From Macrostomum lignano (taxonomy: Eukaryota), in the NCBI GenBank assembly GCA_002269645.1, contig NIVC01000130.1, forward strand, positions 806,001 through 870,000: a DNA stretch of 64,000 nt, written 5' to 3'. Shown piece after piece: positions 1-13,500 of this stretch. The notes under the pieces are model-generated. The model had not been told where the DNA came from and searched no databases. It was given only the letters and a program-made list of their open reading frames with translations. Made by a program: the position numbers and the translations under genes. Positions within the stretch are counted from its first letter, which is position 1, and every line of letters begins with the position of its first letter.

Positions 1-1260
1 ATTCGTAACAGAGATGATAAAACAGGTTCATAAAAGCAAATATTGGAGCTGTGTCATGCATTTTTGTGATTTTCAGATACAGGAAATGTACGTAGAATAA
101 AAAATTGACATATAATCCTAATTTCTGAACGAAAAGCTTTATAAATATCGATAGAGCAATAAAAAAGGCACAACATATCAAAAGATGAGCACTGGATCTG
201 CCTCGTATCAAAAGTAATAGCAATTTTTGTGCTAAAAAAATGAAAATTTCCTATCTCCGTAGTGTATTTTTTCGGGAAAAAGTGCCTTCAAAACTTTTCT
301 AAGAAACGAGGTTTCCAGTCCTTCTACTTAAGTCGTCCTTGTTCGTAACTCGTGGTCGTGATCAATCATTTAAAACTGCAATAGCAGGAAAGTTCACGAC
401 CCCGATACGTGTTAATAAAAGCATAAATTTTATGAAATAGGCTATTTTTATTTTGGATTGATTCATAAGTGCATTTAAAAATAGACTGTTGTTTATTTAT
501 GTGAATCCAATCGTTTCCCGTGAAACAACAATTTTAATTGTGCCTAGGTTATGTGATTTTTATTATTAGTTTGTTTCGTGAACTTTTTTACGGGCGAGTC
601 AGGACTACTAAAGTTCCTTTAAAGCGAGCCTCGAGACTCGAGTATTTCTCGGAGAAACAGTATGATTCGAGAAGTGAAGGGCGATTACTGGACTTATATA
701 ATAAGTTTTTGATTCATTTTATTTTTAAGATTGGTTTCAAATCTAGATCACAGGTCATTTCATCGTGAATAGTGATTACTGTCACTGATTTTAGTCTATT
801 ATTATTTTTTTGCTCTTTAAAGCAATTAGAATACTGTGTGCTTTAAGGATCAAGATGCTTAAATACTTTAACTTATCTGACTTCTCTGGATTTATGATTA
901 TGTTTTAGATAGGTTACATGGTTTGATGATCATACATAAAAAACTTTTTGTTTTGAGGCATGTTAAAAAGTAAGGCAAAAAGACAAATAAATATATTCTA
1001 AAATAAATTTATTTAAAATTTCTGTGCTAAAGATCATGTTCTACCGAAAGGGCTTAAAAATTACTTACAAATTCCTGCATAAATTAAAATTAGCTTGTTT
1101 TTATGTCATAATATAGCAACAATCAGCACAACAATACATAGAAATAATATTAATAAGTAGCTATTCTATCGACTTTTTTCATACACTGTTATCTTAGTAA
1201 ATTACATGTACCAAGTTCATTTAAAAAATCTATCAAAACAATTTTTCAGACTAGTCGCGC

Positions 1261-2986
1261 ATGGACGACCAATCGTCCGAGACTGTGCAGCCGCAGGCAG
1301 AGTCCGGTGCATTTTTTCTAACCAATGCCGAAAGTGACGAAAATGCACCGACGGTACAGACGGAAGGCAAAAATAGCGACGCTGAAGAGCTTGAAGAATC
1401 TAAGGAAGAGTTGTTGGCGTCCAACGATGATCAACAGGAGGAAGAATCCATTACAAACGACACCGCGTGTGCAGCAGAGAATCCGGAAGCAAAAGACAAC
1501 CAGGAACAACCAGAAGCTACTGAGAACCAAAATCAACCAGAAACAAACGAAGTCGCCCACGAGGACGTTGACCCGGAGGCAGACGCGAACGATATTTCAT
1601 CAACAACTGCCGACGCAAAAGACCAGCAATTGCCCGAGCAATCAGCTGACAGCCCTGCAAAAGAAACGGAAAAGTCCCAACCAAAAACCCAGCGAAAAAA
1701 GAAGAAGACAAAAATCGGCAAAGCCTCAAAGCCGAAAGCTGCGCCAGTTCGGCAGATTCGCTCCAAGTCTGCCGAGCCAATCGTAAAAAGCAAAACCGAC
1801 AAAAAGACAAGTGTTGCCACCAAAGCCAACAAAAACGACGATAAAGCAACGATTAAAAAGAAACCGGAGCAAGAAAAGCCTCAGGCGGGCAAAGATTCAA
1901 AAACCGAAGCGCGCCACGTGTCGTTCGAGACGCCCCGGCAAAGATCAAAGTCGGTAGTCATTCCGCCTGTCAGCAATCAGGTATATATAATAGTGTATGA
2001 TTGCGTACTCTCTACTGATATAAGTAGCTTGTTTGTTTATCAACATACGCCGAACAATTTTATTATTATTTATACAGATTAAGATGGTGCAAAAATTGGC
2101 CGAACTACAGTCGCTTATTTCTAAAGACTACCAGCTGGAGGCCAGGTGAGAAGGGATCGAAAGTTACTGCTGTGTTTATTGCTTACTATGTTAGTGGCAA
2201 GATTCAAGATTCAGATAGAACAGGCCTAATTTAGCGCTATTAAACAAGTTACGTTTGGCGCCATCAGACAGGCTTAGTTTGGCGCCATTAGACAGGCTTA
2301 GTTTGGCGCCATTAGACAGGCTTAGTTTGGCGCCATCAGACAGGCTTAGTTTGGCGCCATTAGACAGGCTTAGTTTGGCGCCATCAGACAGGCTTAGTTT
2401 GGCGCCATCAGACAGGCTTAGTTTGGCGCCATCAGACAGGCTTAGTTTGGCGCCATTAGACAGGCTTAGTTTGGCGCCATCAGACAGGCTTAGTTTGGCG
2501 CCATCAGACAGGCTTAGTTTGGCGCCATCAGACAGGCTTAGTTTGGCGCCATTAGACAGGCTTAGTTTGGCGCCATCAGACAGGCTTAGTTTGGCGCCAT
2601 CAGACAGGCTTAATCTGGCGCCATCGTGCAGATAAATTCAGTTTGGCGCGATTCGGTAGGCTTATGCTTGGCGCTTAGCTATTCATTTAAGCCTCAGTCG
2701 TCCCTATTTCTCCATCAGACTTTGTTACAAACGGGGTCTCGCTGAGTCCGGCTGCTCAGCCCTTCTGCGTCGGTGGGCCCTAGAAGCCGAAGAGCAGAGG
2801 CAACAGCAGCAACAGCCTGCCGCAAGTCCCGAAGCTTCAAGACGCCAGATTGTCCGGCCGGAGACTGGCAGTAATCGACTATCAAAATTTGCTTCAACTG
2901 CAGCTTCTCCTAGAAGAGAATCCAGCAGCCGATCTGGCAGACAATCTCGGGAACAGAATCGAAGGCTGCCGCCAGTGAATGGCTGA
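1261..2986 (+). CDS. Orphan 3-exon gene, ~351 aa; acidic disordered N-terminus, Lys-rich middle, short helical C-terminal segment
   Basis: Exons 1261-1980, 2078-2145, 2719-2986 with GT/AG ends and matching phases (0, 2); junctions read ...PVSNQ|IKMVQKLAELQSLISKDYQLEAR|LCYKRGLAESGC...PPVNG*. An in-frame TAG at 1252 precedes the ATG; an acceptor (ttttcag) lies at 1249. No family recognised. Confidence 0.75.
2253..2625. repeat. 24-bp minisatellite (GTTTGGCGCCATCAGACAGGCTTA) in intron 2 of the orphan gene
   Basis: About 15 near-perfect tandem units read directly. Confidence 0.95.
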
Positions 2987-3049
2987 TGCAATTTGCGGCT
3001 TGATCGGGAGCTGCGGGACTGACGGATCTTCGCCTCTGGCTAGTCACAC

Positions 3050-3070
3050 TTGTCTGTCTGCCTGCCTGCC

Positions 3071-3123
<53 letters not shown>

Positions 3124-3190
3124 TAATGTCTATCTGTTTTAATGTCTGTCTGTCTGCCTGCCTGCCTGTCTGTCTGTCTGTCTGTCTTAA

Positions 3191-3223
<33 letters not shown>

Positions 3224-3266
3224 GCCTGTCCGTCTGTCTGTCTGTCTGTCTGCCTGTCTGTCTGTC
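3050..3266. repeat. (TCTG)n microsatellite
   Basis: Direct reading. Confidence 0.95.
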
Positions 3267-4024
3267 ATTGCACCTGCCTGAGTCCTTGTACGTTATTTTT
3301 TGTTAATCGCTAAACTTAGATTTTGTTGTTAAATGAGACTAATTTAAATTCCAATGAAGTGCCTGCGAATTATATATGATTGAGAATCACAGATATATAT
3401 TTATTTTTAAAATAATTGTCTGCAACATGCAAGGAAGATTCAGTTCAGTGCACTATGCATTTCTTTTCTTTGCTGCTAAACAGTGTGCCTAAAATATCAA
3501 CATTTAAATTATGTGTGGCTATATTTTCACACAGCTCTAATTCACGGTCTGCCAATTAATTTCGTCTATATTTTCTTTCCGATTAGCTAAAAGCTGGTAG
3601 AATATACTGCTTAAAACTATTTATAGTAGTGCACAAAGCATGTTAAGATTTTTTCACTTCTCTAGAAAATGAAGTTTTAATTTGATTTAATTTGATTACA
3701 CTACTGAATTTTATTACAAATATATATTTTTTCTGTGGCTGATATTGTACGTTTAATTTTAAAATTTTGGTAGTACGAGTAACAAGTAAAGTCTTTGTTC
3801 TTTATTTAGAAGCATTAAATATAAAATATAATTCAACTATATTACGAGATGATGGTTAATTCTTTATATTTTTCAGTTATAAGTTATCGATTAAATCAAA
3901 ACAGTCTACATGTAAATGATTTAAACTAGCCAACAAACAATAAACAAAGCAGGCAAAGGAAAACACAGAAAAGGTCAAATATTGTGTGCAGAATATTTCG
4001 ATTTCTTATCAAATGTACTTTAGT

Positions 4025-5242
4025 TTATCTCCGTTTGTAGCAGCCAATCTCGCATTTGCACAGTGGGCAGGTGTGAACCACATCCTTGAAGTTGTCCAGC
4101 AGCAGGGGAAGCCAGAAGAATGCTGCCGGCAAAATGAAAAGGCCGCTAAAATAACAAGATATATTGATGGTCTTTAGTAGCTAAAAGTACATGTTGTTAC
4201 GAGCGTATTATTACGATTAAAGGAGGGCTGCGGGCACCCTAGCTGACATCGTCTCAGAATCGTGCAGCAGTGAGGCGATTCTGCTCATTCCGCCGACTCC
4301 CCTGAGCAGGCAGACAAGCGCGCGGATACGTACGCAGTCATACGCACAGGTACACACTCACACATTTATCGTTATCGGCATGTACACTTCTAGGGGCGTT
4401 AATTGCACGAGCAGAGCCAAGCCGAGATTCCAAAATAGTCCCAAAATAATGTGACTGCACTTAGGAATCGAACCTGGGCCGCTAGTCTCCTTGATACATG
4501 TACATACCGGTAGTTACTGACCTTTGATTATTCTCAAACTATATGACAATACACTTAATTAGCAGAATTAGAGGGTTGTAGACGTAACGTGCGCACCGCC
4601 TAGGAAGGAAACTTAATTAGCGTTTCGGCACAACGGCAATAACGATCTTAGCAGTTACATTATCTTGAAGTTAATGAAGTTAAGGCACCTGAGCAATGCC
4701 CCATGAGTCTATAGGCACCTGATCAATGGCCCATGAGTCTATAGGCACCTGAGGAATGGCCCATGAGTCTATAGGCACCTGAGCAATACCCCATGAGTCT
4801 AGGCAGCTGAGCAATTCCCCATGAGTCCAGGCACCTAAGCAATACCCCATGAGCTCTGTAGTGAAAGCTGCTCAAGTGAAATCAAGAATGGCAAGACCGC
4901 TCACCCGGGACACACAAGCAGCGCAGCTGTGGTGCAGCTCCTCGAGCCGATTCTGTACGTCAGCCTTGAGGTCACCTGCTGATGACAGGCTGGGCACCGA
5001 CCGACAAACTGCTTGGCGCTCAGTCGCTGCTGATGACACCGAATTCCCGACATTGTGGCGTGGCGACCGCCAATCAAAACTCGAGCGTCGTCTTCGGCTT
5101 CCACTGACGGCGAATCGTCCATCTGGGACACCCGGTGGTATTCCACCTCCGGTGGATCCGCCGAGGAGGCACCAGTCGAATCAATCGGTAAACCCGACTG
5201 TTTAGTAATGCCAGACTGATTCGTTATTGTATCGGTAGGCAT
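4025..5242 (-). CDS. LITAF-domain (zf-LITAF-like) protein, 152 aa, 2 exons
   Basis: Exons 5242-4905 and 4145-4025 (phase 2) give CPACHQQVTSRLTYRIG...hydrophobic stretch...LLLDNFKDVVHTCPLCKCEIGCYKRR*: two CxxC knuckles (second HxCxxC) around a membrane-anchoring segment, the LITAF signature. Confidence 0.92.
4220..4480 (-). mobile_element. Diverged copy of the tRNA-derived SINE found at 31289-31650, in the LITAF intron
   Basis: The reverse complement matches the 31289 copy (GGTTCGATTCC-AAGTGCAGTCACATT...GGAATCTCGGCTTGGCTCTGCTCGTGCAATTAACG...GCGTACGTATCCGCGCGCTTG...GCCTGCTCAGGGGAGTCGGCGGAATG). B box at 4464-4474; no clear A box. Confidence 0.8.
4683..4852. repeat. ~30-bp minisatellite (AGGCACCTGAGCAATGCCCCATGAGTCTAT)
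   Basis: About 6 units read directly in the LITAF intron. Confidence 0.9.
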
Positions 5243-6149
5243 TTTTATATTGGCAAATCTTTTTAGTCATGAAACCGTTATTAAAACAGTTTAATTCTCG
5301 TCTACTGCCTTGCTCTCCTTTTCGCCCGGGCTCTTTAAGTACTGAATGGAACAGATCCGGTCCTTTATGCGCCTGTACTGCACTCGCAGCGAGAGGCACT
5401 GTTAGTTAATTTCCCTGCCGCTTAGAATTGCCGACATATGCTCATTGGCCATCTGCTTGTGCCTGAATCTCTCCCCTGCTCTACCCCACCCCCCAGCCTT
5501 AATACACCCCCCTCTCCCCTCCAACTCTGTCGATTCCACCCTTGCGACTTCCAATTAACTATGGTTGAAACACGAATGTAAATGCCTGTACGAGCTCAAT
5601 TACCTTTTTTGATATTCACGGGTTAGTAAATTGGACTATACGAGCTAGTACTTTAGGATAGCTTTATGAGCTGTCTGTCTGGTGAGGGGCTTGGGGAATT
5701 GAGAGCATGGAAACCAGATGAAGAAGAATGTATAGGAGGACCGTCAGTGAGGGAGAGACGAAGGCAGAGATGGGGAGAGAATATGGTACGGAAGGAAGAG
5801 AGGAGAAGAGAGTACGTGTGGGACTAAAAGGGTGGACGGACTGGGAGAGATGCAATTCTGGATAATTTACTGACAGAAGCTGGAGCAAAGCGGCCCTGCT
5901 CAAGTAGTACAATAGTTAGTTACACACCAAACCAGGCCTGCGTGCTGGAGCCGAAAGATAGCGGGGGCGGTTACAGACAGTGGTCTCTGCGGTTAACGCA
6001 TTTGACTGTCGCGTCAAATCAACCACGTGCGGCTCTCTGCATTGTAACATAACTGGGGGATCGAGTATGAAAACTGGCCTGAAGGGCATGTCGTGCCATT
6101 CTACTCACATGAAGCCCAACCCCATAGCACAGAATAGCATGTACACTGC

Positions 6150-7250
<1,101 letters not shown>

Positions 7251-7795
7251 AAATAACAAATTTACTATTAATTTTTTTATCCTGTAAAATATGGTAGTTA
7301 CACAGCTATTATGCTAGTAGGCCTATATTATACACACAAAATATAGGCAATCACTCCTAAGAAAATCTTAGAAAAGAAACCGCAATATGCTCCATCACGT
7401 GAGCTGAATACAACACCGGTCAGTCCCTCGCTGCCTCACAGTTCATTAATCTCTCATGTAAAGATGTTGAGCCAAATCGATATCCACTGGCCTGAGAAGC
7501 TAACTTCATACGTGTTTCCCATAATTTCCCTTTCGTCTCTGATCTGGCAATACTGGGAAAGAAGATCTACGACACATGTAGAGTTAATTACTGGGGATCC
7601 TGGGAGTCTCCTTTCATATCAAAATTTCCCTTTTTCCTCACCCTCTTGGCCTTGAATTTAGCGTCTGCTTCGACTGAGGATGGGAGTTTGAGATGTCTAT
7701 GGCTGAGACCCCATCTGCTAAAGAAGAATCACGACTCAACCCAGGCTTATCTCAAATGAATGATCAACGAACTTTGTTAATAAGGCAAGCTTATC

Positions 7796-9508
7796 ATGCT
7801 GTGCTCAGTTCTGACTCTGCTGGTCCTCTTGACTGCTCAGGGAGGCTATGAAGTTGAAGGTGAGAAATTCACAGGCTGTGCATTTGAGCATTGGTTGGTT
7901 TTGACTTTTGTGTGTCTGCATTTGAGCATTGGTTGGTTTTGTGTCTGCATTTGAGCATTGGTTGGTTTTGTGCGTCTGCATTTGAGCATTGGTTGGTTTT
8001 GTGTGTCTGCATTTGAGCATTGGTTAGTTTTGTGTGTCTGCATTTGAGCATTGGTTGGTTTTGTGCGTCTGCATTTGAGCATTGGTTGGTTTTGTGCGTC
8101 TGCATTTGAGCATTGGTTGGTTTTGTGCGTCTGCATTTGAGCATTGGTTGGTTTTGTGTGTCTGCATTTGAGCATTGGTTGGTTTTGTGCGTCTGCATTT
8201 GAGCATTGGTTGGTTTTGTGTGTCTGCATTTGAGCATTGGTTGGTTTTGTGCGTCTGCATTTGAGCATTGGTTGGTTTTGTGCGTCTGCATTTGAGCATT
8301 GGTTGGTTTTTTGCGTCTGCATTTGAGCATTGGTTGGTTTTGTGCGTCTGCATTTGAGCATTGGTTGGTTTTGTGTGTCTGCATTTGAGCATTGGTTGGT
8401 TTTGTGTGTCTGCATTTGAGCATTGGTTGGTTTTGTGTGTCTGCATTTGAGCATTGGTTGGTTTTGTGCGTCTGCATTTGAGCATTGGTTAGTTTTGCGA
8501 TCGCGCGTAAGCAAGCAAGCTGCCACACAGGATTTATTGCTCATACGCATCATTACAGGTGCCTCCAAGTATAAAATTGTACCTCAGATTCCAGGTAAGT
8601 TTGACCATTCTGTTTTCTGTATTTGATTATAGAAATTAGCATCCAATTTGGGCGGAGGCAGAGTCAGTGCTCAGAGCATTTGTTTTTGCTGACCTCGATC
8701 ACTACGACTTACACATGTATACCGGTAGTGCTGGCATCTGTGAGGCTGGTTCACCATCAACTCGCACTACTGTATGCTATAAGCCTGTCTTCCAGTTTCA
8801 TTAAAGTTGCCTTGCTTGATAAATGTTGATTTGATTTATGCATTTAATACAACAACACAATTGATTCCACCTGCCCTAATAGCCAGATGTGCAACTGACA
8901 GCTCAGCCGCAGCTATTGCGCGGCGCATCTGAAGGCTGCGTACGCCTGTTCAGTCCAAGGACTGGGGTGGGGGGGACGCCACACCCTCAATTTTCCCAGC
9001 TAATGCTGGCACCCATTTTACAGCTGGGTGAACTGAAGCAATGCAGAGTTCAGTGTGTTGCTCACAAGGACATAAATTGTTCCGAGTGGGTCGAGAATCG
9101 AACCCTCGACCTTTTACTCGTCAACTCATAGCAACTCATGAAAGTCAATTCATAGCCAAATTTGCACCAATTAATTTTGCTTCTTCAGCTCCCTTCAAGC
9201 AATGCTATCTCTGGTACAGGTCATCGCCAGTGCTTGAAGACGAGTTGCCGAGTCTGTCTGACAAAATGAGCCAAGAGATCTGCGCCACGCAGTGCATCCA
9301 GAAAAGTACGCCGCACTACAATTACAAGTTCTTCGGTCTCGCGGATGCTTTCCGATGCTTCTGCGGTAGGTTCATCATGCAAGCCTACCGCGGACGCCAC
9401 CCCCCATTTTGCAATGCTCCGTGCTTCAACGGCGTTGGCACCGAAACATGCGGCGGCGAGTACGCGATGGCGGTGTACGAGCTGGTTCCAGTTAAGAAGA
9501 AAATCTGA
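7796..9508 (+). CDS. Small secreted single-WSC-domain protein, 139 aa, 3 exons
   Basis: Exons 7796-7859 (signal peptide MLCSVLTLLVLLTAQG...), 8559-8594 (36-nt microexon) and 9189-9508, all phase 1. Exon 3 has the eight WSC cysteines (KQCY..EICATQC..FFGL..FRCFCG..FCNAPC..TCGG..AMAVY). Confidence 0.85.
7877..8497. repeat. 31-bp minisatellite (GTCTGCATTTGAGCATTGGTTGGTTTTGTGY) filling intron 1 of the WSC gene
   Basis: About 20 tandem units read directly. Confidence 0.95.
8880..9137 (-). mobile_element. CORE/MIR-like tRNA SINE relic in WSC intron 2
   Basis: B box on the minus strand (GAGAATCGAACC, 9093-9104). CCCATTTTACAGCTGGGTGAACTGAAGC near 9013-9040 resembles the MIR CORE motif CCCATTTTACAGATGAGGAAACTGAGGC with similar spacing to the B box. 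The 3' boundary is uncertain. Confidence 0.6.
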
Positions 9509-9845
9509 ACGACTGCTCAAATTCTTGTATGCTTGGGCTTGGCTAACAATTCTCTTAAAATCATATAGTTTAAATGTTGAGTTCGTTTTGGAGCTACAGC
9601 AATATTTGTACATGGGGCTCAAAGGAAATGAATGCACTTTTAATCTGCTTTCCTGCTTTTTAAAACTGAATTGTTTGATTTCTTAAGTGTGTTTATAACA
9701 ATGCATGAAACGCAAAGAACAAGCATCGCACCTGTGTGTGTTGTGGGGAGAAATTTTCCAAACGCTGCGATCGAGTGTTCGAGGATGCATTGAAGATTAC
9801 AGGATGACGGTTTAGCTGCTTTCAGCACTGGGGGCTTGAGCACTT

Positions 9846-10212
9846 TAGCTGTCCTGTCCTCAGCTGTCCTGTCCTCAGCTGTCCTGTCCTCAGCTGTCCT
9901 GTCCTCAGCTGTCATGTCCTCAGCTGTCCTGTCCTCAGCTGTCCTGTCCTCAGCTGTCATGTCCTCAGCTGTCATGTCCTCAGCTGTCCTGTCCTCAGCT
10001 GTCATGTCCTCAGCTGTCCTGTCCTCAGCTGTCCTGTCCTCAGCTGTCCTGTCCTCAGCTGTCCTGTCCTCAGCTGTCCTGTCCTCAACTGACCTGTCCT
10101 CAGCTGACCTGTCCTCAACTGACCTGTCCTCAGCTGACCTGTCCTCAACTGACCTGTCCTCAGCTGACCTGTCCTCAGCTGTCATGTCCTCAGCTGTCCT
10201 GTCCTCAGCTGA
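9846..10212. repeat. 15-bp minisatellite (GTCCTCAGCTGTCCT)
   Basis: Direct reading; lies between the convergent 3' ends of the WSC and protease genes. Confidence 0.95.
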
Positions 10213-10583
10213 ACTGTCACCCAGGCTCCTAATTCTTTAACTTCCTCTCTCCGTTTCCATCTCAATGTCATCTCATATCCTATAATTATGAATTGCAACC
10301 TCTGCATTATATTCTAGGTAGATTTTCAAATGTCAACGCCTATCACATTCAAAACTAATCAAGATAAATGAAACGCCATTAACTTTTCTTAATTAAAAAA
10401 ATCAGACGAAAAAGCAGTTAAAATTGTTTGCCAACAGTTTGAATTGAAAACGAATTTTCGTTTTTATTCTAATTGTTTTATTTGCGGCACCGAACGGCAA
10501 CTGAATTTTACATAGATTTATTATCGCTTCCAATTTCCGTCCGTCTTCGCAAGTTTGTCGTCAATCCCCGATTAACGCTGAAG

Positions 10584-13500
10584 TTAACGAGAGTTGGCAG
10601 CCATTGTCTCCTGGATCCATTCGAACATATTAGGAACGCTGGCGTAAACGCCTGGCTTCTTCACACCTGCAAGTAGGAATTTATATTTAATTAGCCTTAG
10701 TCACGTGCTCTGATTGTAATTGTCAATAGCCTCGCATTTGTATATACTGCGGCTGTACTTAGCTAGATGGGCATTTAAGTGTAGCTTATTGTCTATGGCC
10801 GAGTGCAGCTCTGTGGCAGTGTGGCTTTGATTGGCTTTATTGTCTATGGCCGAGTGCAGTTCTGTGGTAGTGGCTTTGATAGGCTTTATTGTCTATGGCC
10901 GAGTGCAGTTCTTTGGCAGTGGCTTTGATTGGCTTTATTGTCTATGGCCGAGTGCAGTTCTGTGGTAGTGGCTTTGATTGGCTTTATTGTCTATGGCCGA
11001 GTGCAGTTCTGTGGCAGTGTGGCTTTGATTGGCTTTATTGTCTATGGCCGAGTGCAGTTCTGTGGCAGTGTGGCTTTGATTGGCTTTATTGTCTATGGCC
11101 GAGTGTAGTTCTGTGGCAGTGTGGCTTTGATTGGCTTTATTGTCTATGGCCGAGTGCAGCTCTGTGGCAGTGGCTGCTCCTGCTGCTGCTGTTGTAGCGA
11201 ATGGGGATTTTCTAATTGATCGGCTACATTAAGGATGAGTTTTCTTGGTAGTGTACCTCTATCTAGGTGTAATATCATGAAGGTGCACTTTGTGTAGGCA
11301 TAGACAGATGTGCCTTGGACACCTGTTCATGTAGCCAGCACCACTTACCAGCGCAGCCGATGCCCCAGGAGGTGGCGCCGAACAGGTACCACTTCTCATC
11401 AGCACCGTCACCCTCGGAGCACACGAGCGGACCGCCGCTGTCACCCTGTGAGAAATACGTGATGAAGGCAAGTGGGTCAAAGGGCATGAGGATTTGATGG
11501 TCAAAAGGAATGAGGATTCGTGGGTCAAGGGGGTTGAGAATTTGTGGGTCAAAGGAGACGAGGGTTAGTAGGACAAAGGGGATGAGGATATGTGGAGGGG
11601 TTAAGGATTTGTGGGTCAAAAGGGATGATAGTTTGTGGGTCAAAGGGGTTAAGGGTTGGTGGGTCAAAGGGGTTGAGGGTTCGTTAGTGGGTCAAAAGGG
11701 GAGTAGGATAGATTGAAACTTAGTTGGTCCTGCTAACCTGGCAGGCGTCGTGGCCGCCGGCGTCGTAACCGGCGCAGATCATGCGGTCGGTGATGTCGCC
11801 GTTGTAGAAGTCGCGCTGGTTGCACTTGGCGTTGTCGACGATGGGAACGTAGGCCTGCTTCAGAATGCCGGAATGGCCGGTGCCTGGAGAGGGGGGAGCG
11901 AGAATTAACCATACACTTTGCAATAGAGAAAAATGCAAAAATTTATAATCAGCCTACTATTAGTAAGCACCTAAATATATCGGACATTAATGTTCTTAAT
12001 TTGCTCGTTAATAATAAAAGTCTTGGATAATAGTTTGTATGCACGAGTCTGTCTGCACCTGCACTCGTATAACACGCGTAATAAAATCTCCAGCTCTCAC
12101 CTCCAACAGATCCCCAGCCGGTGGTGTAGCACAGAGTCTCGCCGGGGAAGTCAAAGTCAGCCAGGCAGGCAGGGCTGATGTTCTCGCTGTAGTCGACCTT
12201 CTCGGCTAGGCGCATCAGGGCGATGTCGTAGTCGATGGTCCGGGAGTTGTAGCTGTTTGTTTGTTTGCGTGGGTTTATCAAGTCAGTGTTATTAAACTGG
12301 ACTATTACATATGCTCATCGACCCTACCCCCATAGAAGAGCACTAAGTGATATTCCGTCAAACGTCCTTAAAGCCTTATATTACTGTACTTGTACCATAG
12401 ACATTTACACCGAAGTCACACAACCAGTGCGGCTGGAGTAGGGGTTCCGACCATAGACTATTTTATTCGGGAATCATAAATGAAACTAAGCTATGTATAA
12501 GATATTCCCCACTTGTTTAGTCTATTTTGGCCGCAAATGGTTGGATGACTACAGTTTATTGGCCGAGAGGCGAAGACAAAAACTATAATGGCCGATTCTG
12601 GCGGTGTGGCTTCATAAAGGCAGCATCAAGGACCCCTAATAGTACAACTAGTCTAGTAGTCCTTGGGCAGCATGTGTTCTGTAATTTAGCTTTCTTAATG
12701 GGAGCTGAATTTAGATCAAGCCATAGACAGTTGCGTTTTGGAACCTGAGTGAAAGGTTTCTATGGCCTTTTTGGTCTTTTCTTACGGGTATATTCTCCGT
12801 CTTGGTTGTCGCCTTCTTTCTACCTCTGTTATTGAAACCTAGAAATTAAACAGGGCATAACAAGCCAACGACTCACCGAGGATGCGAGATGATCTTGTCC
12901 ACTCGGACATTCTTCTGCGTTGAGTCAGTGCTGGTCTTCCGGTAGCTGCCCAGGCCGAGAGTGTACCTGGACGGCGAGTCGTTCTCAACGCAATGGGCTG
13001 CGGTCACAACCCACTCGTGATTGACCAGGGTACCACCGCAATAATGCGAGTTGAAGACGAACATCTGCACCTGCCAGGGCCAGGAACCGGGGCGAGCGTC
13101 CCGGCCGCCAACGATGAAACCGTTGCCATGGTGATGATCGATGGCCTTCTTGCCACAATCAGTGTTGCCTAACAGTGGGAAGGTTAAGCACGCATGATTA
13201 GACGTTTATTTCAGGAAAAAATCTGTATAGGGGGAAATCCTTTCAAAAATCTATTTATAGATTGTCAGGAAATCACTGGCCTCAAATAAACGGTGCACAC
13301 GCTACTCACAGTACTCCTCATCGGAGTTGTCGCCGCAGTCGTCCTTGCCGTCGCAGCGCAGAGAACGGTCGATGCACTTGTCGTTCTTGCACTTGAACTC
13401 GTTGGGCGCACAGATCACTGGAGTAAACAATATGTTTGGGGGTGTCACCTGTTAGACACGGGGTGTCACCTGTTAGACACATGGTGTCACCTGTTAGACA

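Noticed and set aside
4975-5040. CTGATGA motifs suggesting a hammerhead ribozyme
   Set aside because: They lie antisense within LITAF coding sequence and lack the GAAA core and flanking stems.
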